64,000 bases of DNA from contig JBAZUF010000001.1 in assembly GCA_041661505.1 (NCBI GenBank), positions 369,576-433,575 of the forward strand, written 5' to 3'. The notes under the pieces were generated by a model. The model searched no databases, was not told the origin of the DNA, and saw only the letters and a list, made by a program, of their open reading frames with translations. Shown piece after piece: positions 25,332 to 35,092 of this stretch. The position numbers and the translations under genes were made by a program. This DNA is from Patescibacteria group bacterium. Lineage in GTDB: Bacteria; Patescibacteriota; Patescibacteriia; Patescibacteriales; JBAZCA01. How positions within the stretch are numbered: the stretch's first letter is position 1; each line of letters begins with the position of its first letter.

Positions 25332-25468
25332 AGAGGCGGGCATAGTCTTTTGAGAAGCCTATTTTTGGCAAATTGCTTGGTCCGCCCAGGCGGAATTTGC
25401 CAAAAATCGGAGTAAAATTTTTCGCAGGAAAAAATTTTACGTCTTTGAAAAAGACTATGCCCGCCTCT
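25332..25468. repeat. 137-nt nested perfect inverted-repeat element (three-way-junction fold) between hppA and tig
   Basis: The outer stem pairs 25332-25351 with 25449-25468 (20/20 bp). Inner hairpin 1 pairs 25361-25374 with 25394-25407 (14/14 bp), with the apical sequence tccgcccaggcgga. Inner hairpin 2 pairs 25412-25422 with 25430-25440 (11/11 bp). Confidence 0.7.
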
Positions 25469-25483
25469 TTTAAAAAACGAAGT

Positions 25484-27481
25484 TTAAGCTAAGAGTAATC
25501 CGATGATGAGTAAGGCGACGATATTCAAAATCTTGATCATCGGGTTAATCGCCGGCCCGGCCGTATCTTTATAAGGGTCGCCGACCGTATCGCCGGTAAC
25601 CGCCGCCTGGTGGGCAAAGCTCCCTTTGCCGCCGAAGTTTCCGGATTCAATGTATTTCTTGGCATTATCCCAGGCTCCGCCGCCCGAAGTCATAGATATA
25701 GCGACAAAGATTCCGGTGATGATTGAGCCGACTAAAAGCCCGCCTAAAGCTTCAATACCTAAGACAAAACCCACCAAGATTGGCGCAAGCACTGGAATCA
25801 GGGCCGGGATAATCATTTCCCGGATCGCCGCTTTAGTAACGATATCCACGGTCTGGCCATAATCCGGTTTTTCCGTGCCGGCCATAATGCCCGGCTTGGC
25901 TTTAAACTGGTCGCGGACATTTTGCACTACCGCGCCGGCCGCCCGGCCGACCGCTTGCATGGACAAAGCGCCAAAATAATATGGAAGCAGTCCGCCGATA
26001 AATAATCCGGCCAGGACTCCGGGGTTAGATATGTCAAAAGTAAATTTACCAACCGGCAAAGCGTGGGTAAAATCGGCAAAAAGCACTAAAGCGGCCAAAG
26101 CGGCTGATCCGATAGCATAGCCTTTGGTAACGGCTTTAGTTGTATTGCCGACCGCATCTAAAGGATCGGTAACGTTTCGGACATCCTCTCCCATCTCCGC
26201 CATTTCGGCAATCCCTCCGGCGTTATCGGTAATCGGGCCGTAAGAGTCAATAGTAACGATGATGCCGGCCATGGATAGCATGGCCATAGCGGCGATCGCC
26301 ACGCCGTAAATTCCGGCTAAATTATAGGACGCTAAAATCGCGGCTACAATTACGATAACCGGCCAAGCAGTGGATTTCATGGAAACGGCCAAGCCAGTAA
26401 TGATGTTGGTGCCGTGTCCGGTTTCCGAGGCCTGGGCAATGTCTTTTACCGGCTTATATTTAGTTGAAGTATAATACTCGGTAATTATTACCAAAGCGGC
26501 GGTTACGGCCAAGCCGATTAAGGAAGCTAGGTAAATATTCATAACGCTATAATCCGGATTGGCGCTCATGAAGTAATTGGTTACCGGATAAAAGGCAATG
26601 GCCGATAAAACTCCGGCCGCGATCAAACCCTTGTATAAAGCGTTCATGATGTTTTGGCTTTGTCCCAATCGGATAAAAAAGGTGCCGATGATTGAGGCAA
26701 TAATGGAAACTGCGCCTAAAGCCAAAGGATAAATAATAGCGTTATCAAAACCGGCGAAAAGAAGAGAGCCGAGCATGATAGCGGCGATGGTCGTTACCAC
26801 GTAAGTTTCAAAAAGGTCAGCGGCCATGCCGGCGCAGTCGCCGACGTTATCGCCGACATTATCAGCGATTACGGCCGGGTTTCTCGGATCGTCTTCCGGA
26901 ATTCCGGCTTCCACCTTACCGACTAAGTCGGCTCCGACGTCAGCGGCTTTGGTAAAAATTCCGCCGCCTAAACGGGCAAAAATAGAAATTAAAGATCCGC
27001 CAAAACCTAAACCGATTAAGGCGTGGACATCTTTGGTAACAAAATAAAATCCGGCTGTGCCGAGTAAAGCAAGTCCAACGACTAACATGCCGGTAACGCT
27101 TCCGCCCTGCACCGCGACTGCCAAAGCTTTTTTAAGCCCTGACCGGGCGGCTTCGGCGGTTTTTAAATTAGCCCGGACCGAAACATTCATACCGATATAA
27201 CCGGTAGCGCCGGATAAAACCGCGCCGATTAAAAAAGCAACGGCGGTTGTCCAGCCTAAGCCCGGAACAAAACCGATAATGAGAAAAAGGACAACGGCGA
27301 CAATCGCCACGGTCCGATACTGCCGGTTCAAGTAAGCTTTAGCGCCTTCTTGGATGGCTTTGGCAATGGCTTGCATTTTGTCATTGCCGGAGGGAAGCTT
27401 TAAAATGATCCTGATTAAAACCACACCATAAATAATGGCCAGGATCGCGCTTCCGAAAATAGCGAAGAAAATCGTGTTCAT
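25484..27481 (-). CDS. hppA: Membrane-bound proton/sodium-translocating pyrophosphatase
   Basis: A 665-aa polytopic protein with [28 protein letters not shown] and [11 protein letters not shown] motifs. Confidence 0.95.
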   Translation of the reverse strand: MNTIFFAIFGSAILAIIYGVVLIRIILKLPSGNDKMQAIAKAIQEGAKAYLNRQYRTVAIVAVVLFLIIGFVPGLGWTTAVAFLIGAVLSGATGYIGMNVSVRANLKTAEAARSGLKKALAVAVQGGSVTGMLVVGLALLGTAGFYFVTKDVHALIGLGFGGSLISIFARLGGGIFTKAADVGADLVGKVEAGIPEDDPRNPAVIADNVGDNVGDCAGMAADLFETYVVTTIAAIMLGSLLFAGFDNAIIYPLALGAVSIIASIIGTFFIRLGQSQNIMNALYKGLIAAGVLSAIAFYPVTNYFMSANPDYSVMNIYLASLIGLAVTAALVIITEYYTSTKYKPVKDIAQASETGHGTNIITGLAVSMKSTAWPVIVIVAAILASYNLAGIYGVAIAAMAMLSMAGIIVTIDSYGPITDNAGGIAEMAEMGEDVRNVTDPLDAVGNTTKAVTKGYAIGSAALAALVLFADFTHALPVGKFTFDISNPGVLAGLFIGGLLPYYFGALSMQAVGRAAGAVVQNVRDQFKAKPGIMAGTEKPDYGQTVDIVTKAAIREMIIPALIPVLAPILVGFVLGIEALGGLLVGSIITGIFVAISMTSGGGAWDNAKKYIESGNFGGKGSFAHQAAVTGDTVGDPYKDTAGPAINPMIKILNIVALLIIGLLLA

Positions 27482-27523
27482 AATTCGGCTTGTTCGAGTC
27501 CGCTCTGGGCGGACGAGCGAATT
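27482..27523. repeat. GC-hairpin element copy D, immediately 5' of the hppA start
   Basis: aattcg gcttgttcga GTCCGC tctgg GCGGAC gagcgaatt. The termini aattcg and cgaatt are inverted. It shares cttgttcg with copy C and gagcgaatt with the reverse complement of copy A. Confidence 0.55.
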
Positions 27524-27548
27524 AGATTAAATTTATTTAAATTATAAT

Positions 27549-29018
27549 TTACTCTTCTGTCTCGGCTTCAGCTTCCTTGGCTTCAGCCGCTTTTTTCTTT
27601 TTAGCCGGTTTCTTTTTGGTTTTTTTCTCTTTTTTTTCATCAACGGATACTTCGGCTTCGGGTTTTTCTTCAGGCATCTCTGCCTCTTCAGCCTTGCTAT
27701 TAGCTTCACCATCCGCGCCTCCGGCAGGTTTAGCGCTTTCCGCTTTTTCCCCGTCCAGTTCTTCTTCACCTTCCCCGTCCGCCGGAGAGGCGGATTCCTC
27801 CTTGGCTTTCTTGCTTTCCTCGATATCAATTTTCCAGCCGGTTAGATGGGCGGCTAAACGGACGTTTTGCCCGCTTTTACCGATCGCTAAAGAAAACTGG
27901 TCGGCGTTAACGCTAACCGTTGCCCGTTTTTCTTCAGTATTTAGCGCAATGCTTACGATTTTGGCCGGCGACAAGGCGTTAGCAATGAATTTTTCCGGAG
28001 CAGAATCGAATTCGATAATATCGACTTTTTCCCCGCCCAGCTCGGAAATGATAGTCTGGATCCGGGAGCCGCGCTGGCCGACACAGGAGCCGATCGGATC
28101 AACATTTTCAGCGTCAGTCGCGACCGCTACCTTTGAGCGGGAACCGGCTTCGCGGGCCACGGCTTTTATTTCAATTAGGCCGTTCGCGATTTCGGGAATT
28201 TCCAGATAAAAAACTTTGCGCAATATTTCTTCTGAAGTGCGAGATAGGATTATCTCCGCTCCGCGGGGTCCGAGCTTCACTTCCCGGACGTAAATTTTTA
28301 TCCTTTGCCCCGGCCGGTAATTCTCTCCGTAAATCTGCTCTTCGGCGGGCAGTATGCCGATAGCTTTTCCCAAATCAATTAAAACCACCCGGCCTTCGCG
28401 GCGCTGGATTACGCCCGAGACTACTTCCTTTTCCTTATCTTTAAATTCGCCGTAAACCATGTCGCGCTCGGCTTCCCGGAGCTTCTGGATAATAACCTGC
28501 TTAGCGGTCTGGGCGGCCATGCGCCCGAATTCGCCCGGCACTTCCAGCGGCATCCTAATTTCTTCACCGAGTTGGGCGTCTTTTTTCAGCATTAAAGCGT
28601 CTTTTAGCTGAATTTCGGTTTTAGGATTAAACTTCCTTGCTTCTTCCCCGGTTTCGGCTCCCGGAACTTCGGCACCCCCGGCCGGTTTAACTTCAAGCTC
28701 GACTGGCTTTTCCTCTTCTCTGGATTTTCTTTTCGGCTTGCCTTCTCTCGCCTCTTCAGCTCTTTCCGCCATTTTCGCCCGCGCCTCTTCCTCGGCTTTC
28801 AATTCCTCTTCGGTCAAATCAAGAACAACGGTTTTAACGTCATAAGCTTTGATGTGGGCCGTTTCCGGGTCAAATTCAACCTTGATGTTTTGCATCCGAT
28901 TGCCAAAGTCTTTGCGGTAGGCCGCCGCCAAAGCCGCCTCAATCGTAACCAAAACGGCGTCATAGCTTAATCCTTTTTCTGAACAAATTTGTTTTATCGC
29001 GTTTGAAATTTCCGACAT
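27549..29018 (-). CDS. nusA: Transcription termination/antitermination factor NusA, with an acidic insertion and a Lys/Glu-rich tail
   Basis: The N-terminal domain MSEISNAIKQICSEKGLSYDAVL... is followed by S1 and two KH regions (GPRGAEIILSRT, DPIGSCVGQRGSRIQ). Confidence 0.9.
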   Translation of the reverse strand: MSEISNAIKQICSEKGLSYDAVLVTIEAALAAAYRKDFGNRMQNIKVEFDPETAHIKAYDVKTVVLDLTEEELKAEEEARAKMAERAEEAREGKPKRKSREEEKPVELEVKPAGGAEVPGAETGEEARKFNPKTEIQLKDALMLKKDAQLGEEIRMPLEVPGEFGRMAAQTAKQVIIQKLREAERDMVYGEFKDKEKEVVSGVIQRREGRVVLIDLGKAIGILPAEEQIYGENYRPGQRIKIYVREVKLGPRGAEIILSRTSEEILRKVFYLEIPEIANGLIEIKAVAREAGSRSKVAVATDAENVDPIGSCVGQRGSRIQTIISELGGEKVDIIEFDSAPEKFIANALSPAKIVSIALNTEEKRATVSVNADQFSLAIGKSGQNVRLAAHLTGWKIDIEESKKAKEESASPADGEGEEELDGEKAESAKPAGGADGEANSKAEEAEMPEEKPEAEVSVDEKKEKKTKKKPAKKKKAAEAKEAEAETEE

Positions 29019-29271
29019 ATATTGTTTATCTCCGCATAATCATGCACGCCCGTCCGGGAGTTCAAGAAAAATAGGAGCAACTGTTAACTCTTCCTTATTT
29101 TTAATAAAAAAGGCTAGTTTAAAAGTCTTAAACTAGCTTATTCACATAATAACAAATTGCCATAAAGGTGTCAATCCGCTTTCTTAATAATATCTCTCGC
29201 CCCGGTTGCATTCCCGGATTTTTATGGTATATTAAAACCATAAAACTTATACCTTATTATTACTTAAATTT

Positions 29272-29841
29272 ATGAGCATTCAAGATTCAAAATTATACCG
29301 TTCCCGGACTGACCGGATAATTTTCGGCGTAGCGGGCGGAGTGGCGGATTATTTTCATTTTGACGCCACGATCATTAGAATTATTTTTATCTTACTGGCC
29401 TTTAACGGCTTTGGCATAATAATTTATTTGATTCTGGCTTTGGTAATTCCCTTGGAGCCAGCGCCCGGCCAGCCTGGATATCAGTCAGCCGGCCAGCCGT
29501 CCGGCCAAAGCCAATCCGCTTCATCAGATTCATCAGGCCCGGCAACCGGTGAACCGTTTTTCCGGGAAGAAAAAGTGCGGGAGTTTGCCCATGACGTCGG
29601 CGCCAAGGCCAAGGAAATGGCGGAAGAGTTTAGAGCTTCCCGGCATTGGGAAAGCGTAAACGCGGAAGAGCCGAGGCAGGGAATGAGAAACATCTTCGGC
29701 CTGATAATCGTTTTCTTTGGGATATTACTCCTCCTGAAGGAAATTTTTCCTTTCATCTTCGGCTGGTTCGGCTGGGGAATGCTCTGGCCGCTTCTATTTA
29801 TTTTTCTCGGCCTAGTCTTATTAATTAAGCATAAACAATAA
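29272..29841 (+). CDS. PspC-domain membrane protein
   Basis: LYRSRTDRIIFGVAGGVADYFHFDATIIRIIF is a PspC domain. The C-terminal TM hairpin resembles that of the next gene. Confidence 0.75.
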   Translation: MSIQDSKLYRSRTDRIIFGVAGGVADYFHFDATIIRIIFILLAFNGFGIIIYLILALVIPLEPAPGQPGYQSAGQPSGQSQSASSDSSGPATGEPFFREEKVREFAHDVGAKAKEMAEEFRASRHWESVNAEEPRQGMRNIFGLIIVFFGILLLLKEIFPFIFGWFGWGMLWPLLFIFLGLVLLIKHKQ

Positions 29842-29842
29842 T

Positions 29843-30298
29843 ATGGATTTCCAAGAAGGCGAATTTAAAGAAAAAGAGAATCCTGAATCAACTGATCAAA
29901 AAAAGGAAAAAGAGGCGGAGCAAAATAAAGGCTGGAGCCACCCCCATCCCCATCACTCCCATCACCACCATCGCCATGGCGGTTGTTGCAACGGCCACCG
30001 CGGCGGGTTTAACCCGGGTAAACTCTTTTTCGGATTATTCTTAATCGGCCTGGGCCTCTTATATCTTGCTAAAAATTTAGGCTTTCTCCCGGCCAGCTTT
30101 AATATTGAATGGGAAAAGCTCTGGCCGCTCCTAATAATCTTCCTCGGCCTTTCCTTTTTTACCGGCCGTAACTGGGCGTCAATCATTATCGTCATCCTCT
30201 TTACCATAATCATTATCGGCCTGGTCGCCGCCCTGATTGCCGGCGGAGTATTCCACGCCGTCCCGATGCCGATGTGGGGCCGGGGCTATAGCTACTAA
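29843..30298 (+). CDS. LiaF/DUF5668-like membrane protein with a His/Cys-rich N-terminal stretch
   Basis: WSHPHPHHSHHHHRHGGCCNGHRGG is followed by TM segments. LWPLLIIFLGL is shared with the PspC protein. Confidence 0.6.
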   Translation: MDFQEGEFKEKENPESTDQKKEKEAEQNKGWSHPHPHHSHHHHRHGGCCNGHRGGFNPGKLFFGLFLIGLGLLYLAKNLGFLPASFNIEWEKLWPLLIIFLGLSFFTGRNWASIIIVILFTIIIIGLVAALIAGGVFHAVPMPMWGRGYSY

Positions 30299-30369
30299 AG
30301 GTAAAAAAATTTTCAACAAAACACCTCCGTTTAGTCGGAGATGTTTTTCGCTTGACTACAAACAATTAA

Positions 30370-31101
30370 TTAATTTGTCTTCTCAAATAACTTCCAGTTC
30401 ATTTCAAAGACACTCTTTAGAGTATTGTAAATTTTCGGGCTCTCAACAATTAATCCGATCTGCTCTTCGAAAGACATAAAGCCGATTTTACTTTTGGCGT
30501 ATAAATTTATTTCCACGTCAAAAGGAAAATCTTGGGGCGGGATCATAAGGGTTTTACGGAACTGTTTTTGATCATCATCTTTCAATCCTCTTAAGGCCGG
30601 CAGGTCAGGAAAAAGCGCTCTCTGCCAGATTTTCTTTTCCACCCTTTTGGCAATGTAACTTTTTAGCCATTCAAAATCGAATTTCGTCGCCACTTCAGGC
30701 GAAGCCCAAGCCATAGTTTCCGATTTTGGATAATTTAGAGTATCGCGGTACACTTCTTTAATTCCTTCCATCCCTTCAAAATATCTGATTTTCGGTTTCC
30801 GATCAATAAAGTTGCAGACCGAAAGGAGCTCCGGAAGCATTCTTAAAAATTTTTCTTTTTTTTCTTCAATTTGCCCCTCAATTTTCCGCGGGTCCTCGGC
30901 GTAATAATACTTCTTACTTTTTCTTGAAGTAATGCCTACCAAAGCTTTTTCTTTTAAAGTTGCAATAACGTCATAAAGAGTAGTTCTTTTTATCTTTGAT
31001 TTTTCGGAAAGGCGCTGGATAGATGATTCCCCTAGCTCTAGAAGGCTTAAATATACCTGGGCTTCTTTTTTGTTTAAGCCGATGTCTTCTAAGTTTAGCA
31101 T
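30370..31101 (-). CDS. TrmB-family transcriptional regulator, paralog 2
   Basis: IGLNKKEAQVYLSLLELGESSIQRLSEKSKIKRTTLYDVIATLKEK. The C-terminal domain is homologous to paralogs 1 and 3. Confidence 0.8.
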   Translation of the reverse strand: MLNLEDIGLNKKEAQVYLSLLELGESSIQRLSEKSKIKRTTLYDVIATLKEKALVGITSRKSKKYYYAEDPRKIEGQIEEKKEKFLRMLPELLSVCNFIDRKPKIRYFEGMEGIKEVYRDTLNYPKSETMAWASPEVATKFDFEWLKSYIAKRVEKKIWQRALFPDLPALRGLKDDDQKQFRKTLMIPPQDFPFDVEINLYAKSKIGFMSFEEQIGLIVESPKIYNTLKSVFEMNWKLFEKTN

Positions 31102-31194
31102 AAATTTTATATTAATTATAAATTATGTCGTCAAAAAGGTCGTCATTAATAATGTATAATATTAGCTCATTAATTGTCAATAATTAATATAATA

Positions 31195-31234
31195 TGTCCC
31201 CATTAAGGACAGATTAAATTATTATGCCTATAAT
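31195..31234 (+). promoter_or_regulatory. Palindrome TGTCC-N7-GGACA overlapping the -35 region of a promoter with TATAAT at 31229-31234
   Basis: Read directly. A direct repeat GTCGTCA also occurs at 31127-31133 and 31139-31145. Confidence 0.4.
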
Positions 31235-31264
31235 TTGTCTATGCTAACTAGAGAGGTGGGTTTT

Positions 31265-32287
31265 ATGAAAAGAGAATTAACCAAAGAAAAATATTTTGGC
31301 TTGGGCCGGGTGCCAATCGGTATTGGCGCAGTCTTAAAAGGCTGGAATATTACTGAAGAGCATTTTAAGGACGCTTCTTCCCTTCCGGTGGTTGATTTTA
31401 GAGCCATGACTCCGGCCTGCCTGCACGACTGCTTCCATTGTTTTACCGACAAGTTAAAAAAGACCTTAACCCTAAAGGAGATAAAAAATATAATTGACCA
31501 GCTCGCGGAAATGAAAACTATCGCCATTGACTACTTAGGCGAGGGCGAACCGACTTTAGATCAGGATTTTTTCGAGATAATTGAATATACGGCGAAAAAA
31601 GGCATCCAGCCGATAATTTTTACCGATGCGGCTACCAAGCTTAGGGACAGGGATTTTGTAAAGAGAATAAGCGCGACCAGCGCTTCGGTCTGCCCTAAAT
31701 GCGACAGCCTCTGGAATAAGGATTTTCAAAACTGGGTAGTCGGCGACAAAACCGGAAAGTATTTTGATCAAAGAAACGAAGCGATACAAATGCTAATTGA
31801 AGAAGGATTTAATAAACCGGCAGCTGATGGCACCACGCGGCTCGGCTTCGACATGGTGGTCTGCCGGAAAAATATGCGCGAGGTGGAAAAAACTTTAAGA
31901 TATTGCCGGGAAAATAATTTATGGGTAATCTTTTCTTTTTATCTCCCTTCTGGCCGGAGCGGCCGCAATAATTTTGATAAATCTCTATTGCTTGCCAAAG
32001 AGGAAAAAAGGCAAATCCAGAAAATTGTAAAAAGAGTTGACGAAGAATACGGCTTCCATCATGAAATACATAACAACTTCCTTACTTCCCGCTGTGTCGA
32101 ATTTATGTGCATTTATGGCGACGGCCGGGTCTCGCCCTGCGTCGGCAACGAAAACATCGTCGGCAATATAAAAACCCACTCCATCAAAGAGCTGCGAAAA
32201 ATAATAATCGAAAAATTTCCCTGCCACGACCCCAAAACTTTTAACGGGAATTGCTGCTATCGAGAAACTATTCAAGCTCTAGTTTAG
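31265..32287 (+). CDS. Radical SAM enzyme with a Cys-rich C-terminal (SPASM/twitch-like) region
   Basis: ACLHDCFHCFTD (CxxxCxxC), GEGEPTL, and C-terminal CVEFMCIYGDGRVSPCVGN...CHDPKTFNGNCCYRE. ATG 31265 is preceded by GAGGTG (the track starts at TTG 31235). Confidence 0.75.
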   Translation: MKRELTKEKYFGLGRVPIGIGAVLKGWNITEEHFKDASSLPVVDFRAMTPACLHDCFHCFTDKLKKTLTLKEIKNIIDQLAEMKTIAIDYLGEGEPTLDQDFFEIIEYTAKKGIQPIIFTDAATKLRDRDFVKRISATSASVCPKCDSLWNKDFQNWVVGDKTGKYFDQRNEAIQMLIEEGFNKPAADGTTRLGFDMVVCRKNMREVEKTLRYCRENNLWVIFSFYLPSGRSGRNNFDKSLLLAKEEKRQIQKIVKRVDEEYGFHHEIHNNFLTSRCVEFMCIYGDGRVSPCVGNENIVGNIKTHSIKELRKIIIEKFPCHDPKTFNGNCCYRETIQALV

Positions 32288-32304
32288 TAATAAATAAAGA
32301 AAAA

Positions 32305-32333
32305 ACGCCCGTGATAAATCTATGGGCGTTTTG
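32305..32333 (+). terminator. Probable terminator after the radical SAM gene
   Basis: acgccc-N13-gggcgt followed by tttt. Confidence 0.5.
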
Positions 32334-32386
32334 CATCAAGACAGGTGAGCGTCGCCTGTCAGACTTTAAAGATCTAATCTAAGAAT

Positions 32387-33829
32387 CTAGGTCGGCCAGG
32401 GACCTCCGCTTTCCCATGCCCGAACCAGTTCCGGGCCATTGGCGATAATAAGAAGCCTGCGTCTCTCCCTGTTCAAGGTTTTCGCCTTGATATGAGGAGA
32501 ATTGTAGTTACTTCTTTCGTAACAATAGTCAGCTTGGCACCCAACTATTGCTTTTTCCAGCTGCTGGCCCAACGCCGTACCGGGAAGCGGAGTGACAAAG
32601 AAGAGGACGGCGCACTTCATGCCGCACTCGCGAAGGCGGGCGGCATAGCGCACTGTTTTTTCCACATCTTCCATGGTCTCGGACGGGAAGCCGATCATGA
32701 ATCCGCCATAAACTTCAATGCCAGCGGAATTAAGCGCCATCACAACCTGCTCTGCGATCTTCGGATCGCAATAAAGATTGCCCTTGTTAACCGACCGGAG
32801 AGTTTCCCGGCTGGCGCTTTCAACCGCCAGATAGATCCGGTAACAGCCGCAAGCGGCCATTTTTTGAATCAACTCCTGGTTAACGACCAGGCTCTGGTTT
32901 GTTTGGACGGTAAGCTGGCGGATGCCAATTCCGCCGATGGCTGTCCAGTCCAACCGCGCTTCATGGAGCAACTCGGCTATCTGGACGGCTCGCTTAGGAT
33001 TGGCCATGAAGTTGTCGTCTTCAATGACGACTTCTTTATAGCCTTCCTCCATGAGCTTGTCGAAAAGGCGCCGCACGTACTCCAGAGAATATGCGCGATG
33101 ATTGTGGCCGTGCACGGTTTCCACCGCGCAAAAATCACAATTATATGGACAGCCCCGAGTTGTGAAAACCTCCGCAACTTTCGTATTTCGCGCCTTTCCA
33201 CCATGGAACCGCTCGCCTCCGTACTGGATATTGCGAACCAGATGATAAGCTGGCAACGGCAGACTATCCAGGTTTATCACCGGCTGGCCCTGAACAACCC
33301 TTTCCTTGGGCGGATCGCCGCCAAGAAGCGACTTGACCAGACTAGTGAAAGCAATCTCGCCTTCACCCTTAACCAAATAATCGAAAGCGCCGGTAGCCAG
33401 AGACTGCTCGGGCTTGGTTGAGGCGTGGTAGCCGCCGGTAACTACCGTTATTTCGGGGAAGGCTTTCTTGATTGCCCTGCCCAGCTCAACATCCACATCG
33501 GACTGGGACGTAGTAAGGGAGGACAAGCCGATAATAGCCGGTTTAACCGCTGCGATCCGGTTCAGAATCTCTTCGATTTCCAGCCCGTAACGAAGAATAG
33601 GCTCTCCGTCGATCGGGGAAACTTCGCCGGTAAGATGCTCATTCTCGAATCCTTCGGCTGCCGCGTCCAAAAACGCAACGCTTATACCGGCTTCTTCAAG
33701 ACAGGCGGCTAATTGAAGAATGCCGCTGGGCATCCCGATCCGCTTTAATTGAAACCTAAAGCGGGTCTTGTGGGGATGGATAAACATAACTTGGAAATTT
33801 TTTTCTTTTTCTGTCATTATCGGCCTCAT
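32387..33829 (-). CDS. B12-binding-domain radical SAM enzyme (class B), second copy
   Basis: VMFIHPH...GILQLAACLEEAGISVAFLD...IIGLSSLTT...VTGGYHAS is followed by TTRGCPYNCDFCAVE. Confidence 0.8.
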   Translation of the reverse strand: MRPIMTEKEKNFQVMFIHPHKTRFRFQLKRIGMPSGILQLAACLEEAGISVAFLDAAAEGFENEHLTGEVSPIDGEPILRYGLEIEEILNRIAAVKPAIIGLSSLTTSQSDVDVELGRAIKKAFPEITVVTGGYHASTKPEQSLATGAFDYLVKGEGEIAFTSLVKSLLGGDPPKERVVQGQPVINLDSLPLPAYHLVRNIQYGGERFHGGKARNTKVAEVFTTRGCPYNCDFCAVETVHGHNHRAYSLEYVRRLFDKLMEEGYKEVVIEDDNFMANPKRAVQIAELLHEARLDWTAIGGIGIRQLTVQTNQSLVVNQELIQKMAACGCYRIYLAVESASRETLRSVNKGNLYCDPKIAEQVVMALNSAGIEVYGGFMIGFPSETMEDVEKTVRYAARLRECGMKCAVLFFVTPLPGTALGQQLEKAIVGCQADYCYERSNYNSPHIKAKTLNRERRRLLIIANGPELVRAWESGGPWPT

Positions 33830-34983
33830 CTCAACTCCTCCAGGTAATCAGGCAGTGCCAATGGAATTTGTTCATCCCCGTCAGTATAAAAAACTGAACA
33901 GGGGCAATACTCAAATAATCTAAATACCTCCCTCACCCGCTCAGAATCCAAGATGCGCTCGAGCGGCTCCTCTTTCAGATTTCCGTACTTCCGGCTATGA
34001 CTTGGGCAGTCCACTACATCGCCGTTCGGGTAAACAGTGAACGAATAAAGCGGACGGCGACATTGCGGCTGATCAATCATTCGCGTACCGTGTTCCGGCG
34101 ACCAGACAATTCCCAGTTCGGCGTCTTTGGCCGCCATTTTTTGGAAAAATTCACGGGCCCGGCCAAAATCATGGCAGACTGATTGCTCTTCATTTGAAGT
34201 CGAGATCTGAATAAATTCCTCAATCCAGGGAACAATGCCAAGCGCCCGGCAGAATGGTAAGAGGTCATTTAACGCCCGATTCTCGTTGTTAATGGTAACC
34301 GGCATTTCAACCGCCAGCCTCCCGTCACCCTGCATTCCCAGACGTAAGCATTCTTCAATCGTTTTCAAAGCCAACCGGAAATGCGGCCGCCCGACGAGCT
34401 GGTTATGCTTCGCTTCGATCGTATCGCGGATCGATATGATCAAAGCGATATTCCGGTCGTTCACCCAAGCTATTTCCGCGTTTGAGAGTAAGGTTCCGTT
34501 GGTAAATATCACCATTCCCAGCCCATGTCCGATAATCCGGTCAATATAATCAAAGGCGCTCTTCCAGGTAAAAAGTTCGCCTCCACCGGCGTAGATCACG
34601 GCCTGAACGCCAACCTGTTTGGCTGTACCGAGTATTGCCTCAAGCTCCTCGTTTCTAAAAAATGGGCCATCCAGATTGGCCAACAATTTGGATTTATCCT
34701 GACCGGTAAAACAGCCGCGGCAGACTTGGTTACAGGAGGTAGGTAGCATAATGTAGACAAACTGGAAACGCGGATCTCCCTCGCCGTTCTTCACCCATTT
34801 GAGATTATGGGCCATGATTTCTTCGGTTTCCTTGTTAACCGAATAATACTTTAAATGGCGCGCTGGGTTGATAATTGCTTTCGACTGAACGTTTGGGCCT
34901 CGAATAACTATTCCATCATCTTTCTTAAATTTAATCAGTTCCTTGAGTTGCATTTTTAATATCCTTTCATCCATTGTCAGCAT
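33826..34983 (-). CDS. Radical SAM enzyme with a Cys-rich C-terminal (SPASM/twitch-like) region, paralogous to 31265-32287
   Basis: PTSCNQVCRGCFTG (CxxxCxxC), AGGGELF, and C-terminal CRRPLYSFTVYPNGDVVDCPSH...EYCPCSVFY. It overlaps the downstream gene by 4 nt. Confidence 0.75.
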   Translation of the reverse strand: MLTMDERILKMQLKELIKFKKDDGIVIRGPNVQSKAIINPARHLKYYSVNKETEEIMAHNLKWVKNGEGDPRFQFVYIMLPTSCNQVCRGCFTGQDKSKLLANLDGPFFRNEELEAILGTAKQVGVQAVIYAGGGELFTWKSAFDYIDRIIGHGLGMVIFTNGTLLSNAEIAWVNDRNIALIISIRDTIEAKHNQLVGRPHFRLALKTIEECLRLGMQGDGRLAVEMPVTINNENRALNDLLPFCRALGIVPWIEEFIQISTSNEEQSVCHDFGRAREFFQKMAAKDAELGIVWSPEHGTRMIDQPQCRRPLYSFTVYPNGDVVDCPSHSRKYGNLKEEPLERILDSERVREVFRLFEYCPCSVFYTDGDEQIPLALPDYLEELR

Positions 34984-35023
34984 ATTTTAAAGACCGCATC
35001 CATCCCTATAATGGACATGGTAA

Positions 35024-35062
35024 AACATAGTAAGAAGGTAAAAGACTGTCAAACTGTTGACA
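35024..35062. promoter_or_regulatory. Perfect palindrome TGTCAA-ACTG-TTGACA (35047-35062) supplying back-to-back -35 boxes for divergent promoters; candidate TrmB operator
   Basis: On the minus side, TTGACA-17-TATGTT (the -10 is the reverse complement of 35024-35029) points toward the radical SAM operon. On the plus side, TTGACA at 35057-35062 and a second TTGACA at 35067-35072 point toward the regulator. Confidence 0.5.
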
Positions 35063-35092
35063 ACATTTGACAAATGACCTAGGCTAAAGCAA

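Noticed and set aside
27542-27829. 95-aa Lys/Arg-rich minus-strand ORF.
   Set aside because: It is an alternative frame of the Lys/Glu-rich tail of nusA, a compositional artefact.
32340-32360. Hairpin gacaggtg-agcgt-cgcctgtc as a terminator for the minus-strand radical SAM operon.
   Set aside because: The stem is good (8 bp including one G-U pair), but no U-run follows on either strand. I left it unannotated.
31102-35092. Precursor-peptide gene for a RiPP pathway next to the radical SAM genes.
   Set aside because: I scanned the three intergenic spacers on both strands. Only stop-rich AT sequence, promoters and terminator hairpins are present, so no candidate small ORF can be supported.
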